DNA of 64,000 bases from Ophelia neglecta (Eukaryota). The stretch's first letter is position 1. The number at the start of each line of letters is the position of its first letter. The stretch covers positions 80,786,001 to 80,850,000 of the forward strand of contig OZ260664.1 of NCBI GenBank assembly GCA_965285935.1. The letters run 5' to 3'. The notes under the pieces were generated by a model that saw only the letters and a program-made list of their open reading frames with translations, did no database searches and had not been told where the DNA came from. This document shows positions 1 through 11,922 of the stretch, in pieces. Both the position numbers and the translations under genes were made by a program.

Positions 1-1312
1 CTGAAATTCTGTGCTTGAAACTCCCCAACATGTAGATGGCAATAGCAGAGTGCAGAGTCAAATGCCCCTACCTATTCCAGTTGTACCTATAGTTTATACT
101 CTGATTAAACAACCAGGGACAGACCAGCAGGAGGGCTGTTCCCACCAATATTGGACTTTGCATCACTGGATGCGCCAAATAAAGCTTCTGCACTTCAAGT
201 TAAAATGTGGTTTCATGCGATAAGCCAAACCTTCTCAGTGAGGCATGAAAGTACAGTAATATCTCTGAACCAAATTCTGCTGCGGTGAATGTTCTTAGCT
301 AATGGTAACCATGTTTTTTTGGCAGAACTTACTATTCAAATTTTGGAATATTAGAGAAATTAAGAAGCAAAGGCTTGCCAGGTTTCAAAGGAATTAATTG
401 AACTACTTATACAAGGCTTAACAACATTGATTGGCTTTGTAAATTTTTGGAGCCTAATTTTGGCCAACATTTTGTAGCCTGATACGTTACATTTTCCTAT
501 ATAATGTCTTATGACTCGTAGATGTAGATTTTGGGCAATACTTTTTACTGTTTTTATAATTGTTCTGAAATTCAACTATACAATTTTTTAAACATGTGTG
601 CATGGGTGTTAATTTTTAACCTTGTATCTCTCATCCATTTCACTCAGTGTTATAACATGTGATTATAGATGTAGGTTTTTGGCAATACATTTAACTGTTT
701 TTATAATGTTGCTTACCAGTATATTCAATGTTGCAATACAGTTAGTTTCTCCTGTTTATTATTATTACATGATATATAAATATTTGCCCTTAGGAAGTCC
801 ATGTCAGCTTTAAAATGTTTTGACTGGACCAGTATTCTTGGTTTAAAACTATAAGTTGAATTAAAGACACATGCATATAATAATTTATATCTGGAGTAGT
901 CCCTTATATTATGCCGGTGATGTAACTCAAGTGAAAATTTGGCAACAATACTTGTGCCGAGACCTATTAAACCCCTGTTTTCTAAAAGTTTCAATGGAAA
1001 ATGAACCATATTTAAAAATGTGATGTTATATCACATATTCGGGGATCTTTGACACATGCATTTTTACCATATTGCAGTCTTATCTGATTTGCTCCATCAG
1101 AATTCTCGAATATCGGAAGTGTCTTCTAAAAGGTCATTATATTGGATTAGTAGGCATGTTCATAAACATTTGTAAATGGTGGCAAGGGAAGTGTTCACTG
1201 TAAGAATGATATATTTAAGAGGTTCATGTAAGGTATTTTTTCACCAAGGTATTTCCCTCGTAAAGCGGTTTAATGGTATATCTTTACAATTCTTGTAAAC
1301 CATAATGTACTT

Positions 1313-1318
1313 TTTATT
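1313..1318 (-). terminator. Candidate polyadenylation signal (AATAAA) of the mucin gene
   Basis: tttatt on the plus strand, in AT-rich sequence just beyond the end of the decayed mucin-like sequence. Confidence 0.3.
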
Positions 1319-1799
1319 GAAAATACAATTTGCACTATAAAAAACTTTAACAGTTATTCATGTAATGATATGCAATAAAACATTGTTGCAGTAGGTATAC
1401 TTTTTGATGTCATATACATGTACATGCATGATAGACATTCCTGTATAAAAAGGTCCTGCCAACAGCTGGCATAAATGTCAATCTCTCCCAAGCGTTATCG
1501 TGTCCCTTAATGTACCATCTTCATTCTCAGTTGATCACATACATTATCAACCAATATGTCAACTATTTGTGCTCTAGAAGAGGTTGACCTATGATGTGCT
1601 CTCCCAAGTAGAACTACAATTTGGATAAATTGTTCAGTGCTCATAGCAATTGATGCCAAAGGTGCAATTTGAAGTATTCTTTCTCATGAAAACCTGACCT
1701 CAATTCTAATGATTAGTTGATCATGTACTGTGCAGGTCTTGAGATTTGTGACTGTTTTATCATTGATTATCATGTTTAGTTGTGTAGGTAATCTTATTT

Positions 1800-3833
1800 C
1801 ATTACTCTTTGACCCCATTTGATTGATGCTGGCTTAGTTTGTTAGGGGGAAGGGGGTGGGGGGTGGGGGGTGGAGCTGGGCAAGCCACTTTTACTAAGGT
1901 GATAACTTGTTTCATTATTTCCATCTTTTGATTTTGATGTTACATGATTAAATGATGCTCCACTGTGTTTCTCTTTATTTTTGGGCTGACTGAATATGGG
2001 TTGGGTTTTGCCGTAGTTGGATTTTTTGTTCTTGTAACTGTAGAATCTTGATCTTACTTTGTTTTATTAATACTTTTCATTTCTTTGAGCTGTTGAACCT
2101 GTAGACACCTTCCAGTAGTACCTGGTAATCTTTGTACATGTAGAAGATCATTGATGATGATATAACTTGACAAGTGGATAGAAGGCTTGGTACATGTAAT
2201 GTGGTTGTTTGGATTATCATCCTTGTATTTTGTTGTTGTCCAGTGTTGTTGTTATGGGTACTGTTATCATATTAGATGTCCTGGGTTGTTTGATCAGTGT
2301 TAATGCCCCAGTTTGTCGGGTTTTTCTTTCATTATGGTAGAAGAATGGTCAATCCTTGCCATTAAGCAGAGTACCTAGTATTCTTTCCTAGAGGCTGGAA
2401 ATCCAATTGGGAAAGAGATTGACCACTGGAAGATACAAAGCCTGTGTAAGTGGATGATGCCCTAGCACATGTTGTGGATAATTCAGCTAGATGTTATTGG
2501 TCTAATATTAATAATACTATTAGATTCAATGCCGGCTGTTTTGTTGGTGTTTGTGCTCATGCTTGATACTGCTTAGGGTATAAAATATTAAATTGGTAAG
2601 TGAAGGGCCTCTTCTAGAAATAATAGTCAAATTCCACTAGTAAAATACTACCCGGTACCAGTTGTTGTGTGGAGCTGGGGATAGGTGTGTGCGGGCCTGT
2701 GACTGCAGGCTCTTGATGTTCTCAGGACCATTTGATGGTCTATTCTTGATCAATGATTTTGCAGTGTCTGCAAGGTATCCACTCTCGTTTCATTTTTGTA
2801 GGTCACTGGTTGGATGCATAAATCAGAAGGTGGAAAATTCAAAGGTGGTAGTTGAAGAACCTGGGGTTGAAGTCTGCAGGCCAATGCTTATGGCAGAATA
2901 CCCAACAGCAGTTAGAATTTTTTAAGCTGTTTGCTGGAAGAGAACAACCTGTGTTATTCACTTGGCTCCACAATGTTAGGTGTAGAAGCTTCAATATCGG
3001 TGGTGGTGAAATACACGCTACAAGTTGGTAGTCTTCTGGTGGTTGTAGAATATGTTCTAGTAGCGGGTAGCCCGATTCTGTCGGGAGAGTACTCTTCTGT
3101 CGGTGATTGTAGGTTCTATACTAGTGGTTGGACGCCTGGTGGTAGAAGATCCAAGCTTGTCTTTTGAAAAATCTGTGTTTGTGGTTGGTAGCTCACTACT
3201 TAAATTGGATGACTCAGTGCTGTTTGTTGTGGAAATGGTGCGAGTGATACTTGCTGTTGTACAATAAAAGCCCATGGTGGAAGACCCAACACTTGTTCTA
3301 GTATTTTTGATTGCTAACCAATTGCTAGAAGCGGAAGATCCTAATGCGTTATTGTTGAAATTAGCAAAGTGGTTGTCAGCTCAATTTTCGTGGGTGATTG
3401 ATTCGATGTTGGTGGTCGGGCTTAGAATTGCCGTAGCAGAAGATACTGTTTTTGTGACCCCCAGTTAGTACTAGTTGTGAGCGTATCATTGCTTGATGTA
3501 AAACCATTATAAATCATGGAAACCTATCAATTGAGGTGGGAGATCCACTTGTAGTGGTTTGTTATTTGGGGTTTGCATTGTTATTCCCGTGCCACTGGTT
3601 GGAAATGCACTATGGGTGGCAAATGACCACGTGCTAGACGTTTGCGATGTGGCTGAGCTCACAAGTGGTTCAGAGGTAAGGGCAGTTACTTAAACATTAA
3701 TGCTTGATAACTCCCAGCTGTTACTTGTAGTTCCAGCAGGAGGGGTCACAGATTCATTACTGGCTGTAGGAGCAGTTGTGGTAGAAGTTGAAATACCAAT
3801 AGTAGCGGCCAGAGAACCCGCACTTTTAGTTCG
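1800..3833 (-). pseudogene. Decayed mucin (PTS) coding sequence downstream of the current stop, probably now 3' UTR
   Basis: In-frame continuation after TGA: RTKSAGSLAATIGISTSTTTAPTASNESVTPPAGTTSNS...V*VTALTSEPLVSSATSQTSST. Further T/S-rich blocks separated by frameshifts and stops follow (e.g. 3275-3057 TTASITRTISTTNSTESSNLSSELPTT; ~2040-1850 DSTVTRTKNPTTAKP and SGLPSSTPTP). The distal boundary is approximate. Confidence 0.7.
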
Positions 3834-6800
3834 TCAATTATCGAATGTGGTTGGTGAACCAGTACGAGTGTTTGGAGATCCCACTTTCGTGGTTGTAGAT
3901 TCATGTTCAGTCAGTGGTTTAGCAATGGGGGTACTAATGTTATCAACGATCTTGGTTGGGAATCCACTAGTTAAGATCCAAGAGCCAAAGGTAGACCTCA
4001 GGCTGGTAGCTGAATCCCTGTTAGTTATAGTTGAAGATGAAATACTACTGGATGGGCCTTCATATGCTGTTGTCTGAAATCCGACGCTTGGAGTTAGAAT
4101 TACGGTGCTACTGGCTATATGCCCAATGCTTGCAGGCGGTGACACAGAGCCCAACATTGCCGACCCAGTGCTGGTGGTTGGGAACGAGCTTTCATTGCCC
4201 TGAGATTGAAACCACCTGGAAAGCAGCCCGGTACCAGTGGGTGTTGCTTCGTTGCTAGTGGTCGGTGATCCATTGTTAGTGTTTCGAGGAGTAACACTAG
4301 TGGCTTGCAGTTCAGGAGTGGGAGATGAAGACCCAATACCAATTGTTGAAAGTTCAGCACCAGTGGTTGATAATCCAGTGAAAGCAATTGAAGATGCAAA
4401 GGGAATGTTTAAATTTGCAATGATGGTGCTATATTCAATATTTTTGGTTGGAGATGTAGTAGTCGCCTTCGAAGATGCAAAAGCCGCGGCTGAGGATTCT
4501 GCACCACTCGTTAAAGACAAACTGGTACTAGTTTGAAAACGCGTGGGTGTGGTAGGAGATTCACCGATAGTTTTTGGGGGACCAGTACTAGTACTTTGAG
4601 ATTCAAAGTTAGTTAATAAAGATTTAAAGTTAGATGTTTGAGGTTCAACAGTGGTAGGCGAAAATCCAACGGTAGCAGATGGCGTTTCAGAGGCAGATGA
4701 CAGTGATCCAATGGAAGAAGATTGATATCCATTGGTTGTGGACGGAGTTGCCTTAGTAATAGTTGGAGAAAAGTTTATATTAGTTTGGGATCCATTGGTA
4801 GTGATTGGACTGGTAGCATTGGTAGTATAAGTCAGTCTAATGGGAGATTTTGAAGATCCGATAGAAATAATTTGAGATCCAATTGTAGTGGGTTGAGATT
4901 CAATTGTGACAGTGTGAGATCGCATGGTAGAAGTTGGTGGTCTTATGATTGCGGTTTGAGATCCATTTGTATTTGACTGAAATCTAATGTTAGTGGTTTG
5001 ATAGCCAAGAGTCGTAGATGAAAGAACATTCGTAATATTTGTCGGTCTAATTGGAGTTGTTAAATATCCAATGGAGCTTGATTGAGATCCAGTGGTAGTA
5101 GTTGGTGTTTCAGTGCTTCTCATCATAGATCCAATGGTAGTAGATGATTGCGATCTAATAATGGTAGTAGTTGGTAGGCTAGTAACGGTAGTGGGTTGAG
5201 ATTCAGTGGTAGTAGATTGAGATCCAATGTTAGTAGAAGGCCTCCTAAAGATAGTGTTTTGAGATCCAACGGTAGCATTTGGAGTTCCAAAGGTATTAGT
5301 AGATGGCGGTTTGAAAGTAGTGGTAAGAGATCTAATTGTAGTAGATTTAGATCCAATGGTTGTAGGTGGCGGCCTTAAGGTTGGGGTGTGAGACCCAATA
5401 TTGGTTAATGGAGATCCAGTTGTAGAAGATGAGGGTACAACAGAAGCAGTTTGAAATGCAATGGAAGTAGTCGGTGGTTTTCTGGTAGAGTCTCTATATT
5501 CGATGATAGTATATGGAGATCCAATGATAGTAGATGGCGATCTGAAAGTGGTGGTTTGAGATACAACAGTGGTAGATTGAGTTCCAATGTTCGGAGATAG
5601 CGATCCAGTGCTAGTAGTTGTTGGACTAATGGTGGAGCTTTTAGATTCGATGATAGTATATGGAGACCCAATGGTAGTAGATGTAGACCCAGTTGGAGTA
5701 AATGGAGATCTAATGGAAGTAGCTGGCAGTCTTACGGTAGTGATTTGGGATCCAATGGCAGTAGCTGGCAATCTAAATGTATTTGTATGAGATCCAGTGG
5801 CAGTCGGTTGAGATCCAGTCGTAGTAACTGCCGGTCTATTTGTTGTGATATGAGAGCCAGTGGTAGCAGAAGAAGATCCTATTGTACTAGGGGGCGACCT
5901 TAATGTGGAGGCTTGAGATCCAGATATAATGTTAGTGGTTTCATGGCCAAGAGTAGTAGATGAAGGTAAATTTGTTGTAGCTGTCTGTCTGCTCGGAGTT
6001 GTTACAAATTCACTAGTAGTTGATTGGGGTACAAAGGTAGATTGAGGTGCATTGGTAGTAGATTTAGTTTTAGCGGCAGTGGTCGCTGATTTAATGCTAG
6101 TGGTTTGAGATCCAATGTATGTCAATTGAGATCCAGTGGTAGTGGCTGGCTTTCTTATGGTACTCATGACAGATCCAATGGTAGTAGATTGTAATCCATT
6201 AATAGTTGTTGGCAGACTAGAAGTGGTTTGAGGTCCGAAGGTTATAGATGGAGATCCAATGGTAGTAGGTAGCAGTCTTAAGGTGGTATTTTTAGATCCA
6301 ATGGTAGCAGATGGAGATCCAATGGTATTACTAGATGGCCGTATTACAGATGTAGTTTGAGATCTAATGGTAGAAGGTGGCTGTCTAAAGTTAGTGGTTT
6401 CAGATGCAATGGTAGTAGGTAGCAGTCTTAAGGTGGTATTTTTAGATCCAATGGTAGCAGATGGAGATCCAATGGTATTACTAGATGGCCGTATTACAGA
6501 TGTAGTTTGAGATCTAATGGTAGAAGGTGGCTGTCTAAAGTTAGTGGTTTCAGATGCAATGGTAGTAGATTGAGATCCAACGGCAGTAGGTGTCCATTGA
6601 AAGGTAGTGGTTTGAGACTCAGTGGTAGTATAAAGAGATTGAATGGTAGTGGTTTCAGATCCTATCATAGTGATTTGAGAGTCAGTGCTAGTATATGGAG
6701 ACATTATGACAGTAAATGGGGTTCTAATAGTAGCGCTTTTAGAGCCAATGGTGTTGAATGGAGATCCAGTTATAGTAAATGGGGGTATTATCGAAGTGGT

Positions 6801-9800
6801 TTGAGATCCAATGGAAGTAGATTTAGATGGGGGTATAACAGAAGTGGTTTGAGATCCAATGGTAGAATTTGGTGGTCTAATGGGAGTGGTTTGAGATCCA
6901 ATGGAGGTAGGTTGCGATCTTATGGTAGAAGTTTGAGATGCAATGGTAGTAGATAGAGATCCAATGGCACTAGGCAGCGATCTTAACGGCATGGTCTCTG
7001 ATCCAAATATAGTAGTAGATGGAGAATTGTTGATAGTAGATGGTGGTGTAACCGATGTGGTTTGAGATCCAGTGGAAATAGATGATGATTTGAAGATACC
7101 AGTATATGGCAGTATTACGTAAGTGGTTTGAGATCCAATGGTACTAGATGGCGAACTTATGGTAGTAGTTGGAGATCCAATAGCAGTAGTAGATGGAGAT
7201 CCGATGATAGTAGATGGCGTTATTACAGAAGTGGTTTCAAATCCAGTGGAAATACTTGGCGGTCTAAGGGTAGTGGTTTGAGATCCAATGGTAGTAAATT
7301 GAGATCCACTGGTAGTAGTTGGATGTCTAAAGGCAGTGGTTTCGTATCCAGTGGTGGTGGTTTGAGATTCAATTGTAGTATGTGGCGGTCTAAATGTAGT
7401 GGTTGGAGATCCAATGGTAGTAGGTGGCGGTCTCAAGGTAGTGGTTTGAGATCCAGTAGTAGTAGGTGGCAGTCTAAGGGTAGTAGATTGAGATCCAGTG
7501 CTAGTAGGTGGCGGTTTAAAGGTAGTGGTTTGAGATCCTATGGTAGTAGATTGAGATCCAGTGGTAGTAGGTGGCGGTCTAAAGGTAGTGGTTTGAGATC
7601 CTATGGTAGTAGATTGAGATCCAGTGCTAGTAGGTGGCGGTCTAAAGGTAGTGGTTTGAGATCCTATGGTAGTAGATTGAGATCCAGTGCTAGTAGGTGG
7701 CGGTCTAAAGTTAGTGGTTTGAGATCCTTTGGTAGTAGTTTGAGATCCAGTGCTAGTAGGTGGCGGTCTAAAGGTAGTGGTTTGAGATCCTATGGTAGTA
7801 GATTGAGATCCAGTGCTAGTAGGTGGCGGTCTAAAGTAAGTGGTTTGAGATCCTTTGGTAGTAGTTTGAGATCCAGTGCTAGTAGGTGGCGGTCTAAAGG
7901 TAGTGGTTTGAGATCCAATGGTAGTAGTTTGAGATCCAGTGGTAGTAGTTTGAGATCCAGTAATAGTAGGTGGCAGTCTAAGGGTAGTAGTTTGAGATCC
8001 AGTGCTAGTAGGTGGTGGTCTAAAGGTAGTGGCTTGAGGTCCGATGATAGTAGATTGAGATCCAGTGCTAGTAGGTGGCGGTCTAAAGGTAGTGGTTTGA
8101 GATCCTTTGGTAGTAGATTGAGATCCAGTGCTAGTAGGTGGCGGTCTAAAGTTAGTGGTTTGAGATCCTTTGGTAGTATTTTGAGATCCAGTGCTAGTAG
8201 GTGGCGGTCTAAAGGTAGTGGTTTGAGATCCTATGGTAGTAGTTTGAGATCCAGTGGTAGTAGTTTGAGATCCAGTGCTAGTAGCTGGCGGTCTAAAGGT
8301 AATGGTTTGAGGTCCGATGGTAGTAGTTTGAGATCCAGTGCTAGTAGGTGGCGGTCTAAAGGTAATGGTTTGAGATCCAATGGTAGTAAATTGAGATCCA
8401 GTGCTAGTAGGTGTCGGTCTAAAGGTAATGGTTTGAGATCCAATGGTAGTAGTTTGAGATCCAGTGCTAGTAGGTGTCGGTCTAAAGGTAGTGGTTTGAG
8501 ATCCAATGGTAGTAGTTTGAGATCCAGTGCTAGTAGGTGGCGGTCTAAAGGTAATGGTTTGAGATCCTATGGTAGTAGATTGAGATCCAGTGCTAGTAGG
8601 TGGCGGTCTAAAGGTAGTGGTTTGAGATCCTTTGGTAGTAGTTTGAGATCCAGTGCTAGTAGGTGTCGGTCTAAAGGTAGTGGTTTGAGATCCAATGGTA
8701 GTAGTTTGAGATCCAGTGCTAGTAGGTGTCGGTCTAAAGGTAGTGGTTTGAGATCCAATGGTAGTAGTTTGAGATCCAGTGGTAGTAGTTAGAGATCCAG
8801 TGGTAGTAGTTTGAGATCCAGTGGTAGTAGTTTGAGATCCAGTAATAGTAGGTGGCAGTCTAAGGGTAGTAGTTTGAGATCCAATGGTAGTAGTTTGAGA
8901 TCCAGTGCTAGTAGGTGGCGGTCTAAAGGTAATGGTTTGAGATCCTATGGTAGTAGATTGAGATCCAGTGCTAGTAGGTGGCGGTCTAAAGGTAGTGGTT
9001 TGAGATCCTTTGGTAGTAGTTTGAGATCCAGTGCTAGTAGGTGTCGGTCTAAAGTTAGTGGTTTGAGATCCTTTGGTAGTAGTTAGAGATCCAGTGCTAG
9101 TAGGTGGCGGTCTAAAGGTAGTGGTTTGAGATCCAGTGGTAGTAGTTTGAGATCCAGTGGTAGTAGTTAGAGATCCAGTGCTAGTAGGTGGCGGTCTAAA
9201 GGTAGTGGTTTGAGATCCAGTGGTAGTAGTTTGAGATCCAATGGTAGTAGTTTGAGATCCAGTGGTAGTAGTTAGAGATCCAGTGGTAGTAGTTTGAGAT
9301 CCAGTGGTAGTAGTTTGAGATCCAGTAATAGTAGGTGGCAGTCTAAGGGTAGTAGTTTGAGATCCAATGGTAGTAGTTTGAGATCCAGTGCTAGTAGGTG
9401 GCGGTCTAAAGGTAATGGTTTGAGATCCTATGGTAGTAGATTGAGATCCAGTGCTAGTAGGTGGCGGTCTAAAGGTAGTGGTTTGAGATCCTTTGGTAGT
9501 AGTTTGAGATCCAGTGCTAGTAGGTGTCGGTCTAAAGTTAGTGGTTTGAGATCCTTTGGTAGTAGTTAGAGATCCAGTGCTAGTAGGTGGCGGTCTAAAG
9601 GTAGTGGCTTGAGGTCCGATGGTAGTAGTTTGAGATCCAGTGCTAGTAGGTGGCGGTCTAAAGGTAGTAGTTAGAGATCCAGTGGTAGTAGGTGGTAGTC
9701 TAAGGGTAGTAGTTTGAGATCCAGTGGTAGTAGGTGGCGGTATCAAGGTAGTGGCTTGAGGTCCAGTAATAGTAGGTGGTAGTCTAAGGGTAGTAGTTTG

Positions 9801-11922
9801 AGATCCAGTGGTAGTAGGTGGCGGTATCAAGGTAGTGGTTTGTGATCCACTGGTAGTATGTGGCGGTCTAAAGGTAGTGGATTGAGATCCTATGGTAATA
9901 AATTGAGATCCACTGGTAGTGGGTGGTGGTCTAAAGGTAGTGGATTGAGATCCTATGGTAGTAAATTGAGATCCACTGGTAGTGGGTGGTGGTCTAAAGG
10001 TAGTGGATTGAGATCCTATGGTAGTGGTTTGAGATCCAATGGTAGTATGTGGCGGTCTAAAGGTAGTGGATTGAGATCCTATGGTAGTAAATTGAGATCC
10101 ACTGGTAGTAGGTGGTGGTCTAAAGGTAATCGTTTTATATCCAGTGGTAGTGGTTTGAGATTCAATGATAGTAGGTGGTGGTCTAAAGGTATAGGTTTGA
10201 GATCCTATGGTAGTAGATTGAGATCCACTGGTAGTAGGTGGAAGTCTAAAGGTAGTGGTTTGAGATCCAGTGGTAGAAGGGGACAGTGTAAGGGAAGTGG
10301 CTTGAGATCCCGTGGTAGTAGATTGAGACCCACTGGTAGTGGGTGGCGGTCTAAAGGTAGTGGATTGAGATCTCGTGGTAGTAAGTGCTTTTCTTACTTT
10401 AGTGGTTTGAGACCCAATGGTAGTAGATGGTGGCCCAATGGTATTAGTAGATGGTGGTAAAACAGAAGTGGTATGAGAATCAATGGTACTAGGTGGTGGT
10501 CTAAATTCAGTGGTTTGAGATTCAATGGCAGTATATCTTTCATTGGATATGTCTGTAGATATAATTGTAGTGTTTAGAGATTCAAAGGTCGCAGTGAGTG
10601 CTTTGATGGTTGATATTGATGAATACGATGCAACGCTAAAATGTTTATTGTTAATGGTTCGGGATTCAATCAGTTTAGTTTGAGATCCTGTTGTAGTGGT
10701 TGTTGAATCAATATTTCTTGTTGGATATTCATGTTTTATTGTTGGAGATTCCATGATTAAAGTTGTTGATGCAATACTAGTAGTGGGAGTCTCGGGGATG
10801 GTGTTTGGAAATTCAGTCGTATATGATGTTGTTGATCCGATGGATGTTGATGGAGATGAAACATCAGTGGCTGGAAATTCACTGGACATAGTGGGATAAC
10901 CTTTTGTAGAGGTTGAAAACCCAATGTAAGAAGTAGGTGATTTGAATTGAGTGGATTGATATGCAGTGGCAGTGGTAGTGGTTGATGATCCAGCAGTTAG
11001 GGTCGTAGTAGGTGTTTTTGATCCAATAGACGTAGTTCTGGATTGAGTGCTTATAGGCGATCCCCCAAATGTAGAGGTTGGAGTAGTGGATTGAGAGCCA
11101 ACATCTGTGGTTTGGGGTTCAAATGCAGTAGGCGACTCATTTACAATTAACGGGGACACAGCTGTAGTTGTTACCAACCCAACGTTTGTGGGGGAATCGA
11201 AACTGGTGGTTTGTAGTTCTTTGGCAATGGTTGGAGAACCGCGTCTTGTGGTTGGAGACATTGGTGACGTTCCCTGAATAATGGTGGGGGCTTCCGTGGT
11301 TGAAGTGTCCTTCTTTGAAGCCGTCATTATGTCGTGTGTTAAAGCTGTGGACACTATGTCACTATCAGTGGTTGCCCCGGTCAGTTGAGCTGTACTCGGA
11401 CTCATTTTCTCTGTCGAAGTTAATATATCCTTGTTTGTTGAGCGGGATCTTCTAGAGAGTGTAGAAGTAGCACCATAAGTGTTCAATGACCTGCCAGCAG
11501 TGGATACTTGGTCGGTCGAGGTGAATGGGTACTCGCTACCGGTCCCTTTGGAAATCAATGAAGCTGGTACTGGTGTAAAAAGTTTGGTATTCAAATTAAG
11601 TGTTGTGATTGAAGACTGGGCCCAAGCTACCTCTGAAGTTGGGGACGCCGCCACCACCGATGATTGTGTAGAGAGCTGCAACATTGTGGTTAATATAATA
11701 CTTTCTGTTCGTGATGTGGTTACTCTAGCGATGGATGTTGTCCGATACCCCGTAGATTCCAAGACTCCGACAGAGATGCTTTTCTTGTCGATTTTATATA
11801 GTTTCAAAACTGATAGAAAGCCCTCGCTATTTCCTAATTTGGTTGTACTTTCTTTCACAACTCTAGATAGCGGTGTTGCTTGGTGAAAATGAATTTCCAT
11901 AACGACAATCACAGAACCGCGT
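3834..11922 (-). CDS. 8.1-kb terminal exon: SEA C-terminal half (GSVIV motif) plus Thr/Ser/Pro-rich mucin domain
   Basis: Part of the 2711-aa ORF. Acceptor ccatcatacag precedes 11922. Extreme T/S/P/G content; TGA stop at 3836-3834. Confidence 0.92.

Noticed and set aside
1-1300. Short ORFs and an imperfect ~60-nt duplication (~518-575 vs ~665-730)
   Set aside because: No consistent frame or recognisable domain; probably UTR or intergenic.
3834-3836. Selenocysteine recoding of the mucin TGA
   Set aside because: No redox motif or recognisable SECIS; further stops and frameshifts follow.
5123-8758. Leu-rich alternative-frame ORFs (DLKPLPLDRHLLAL) resembling LRRs
   Set aside because: Shifted-frame shadows of the mucin repeat.
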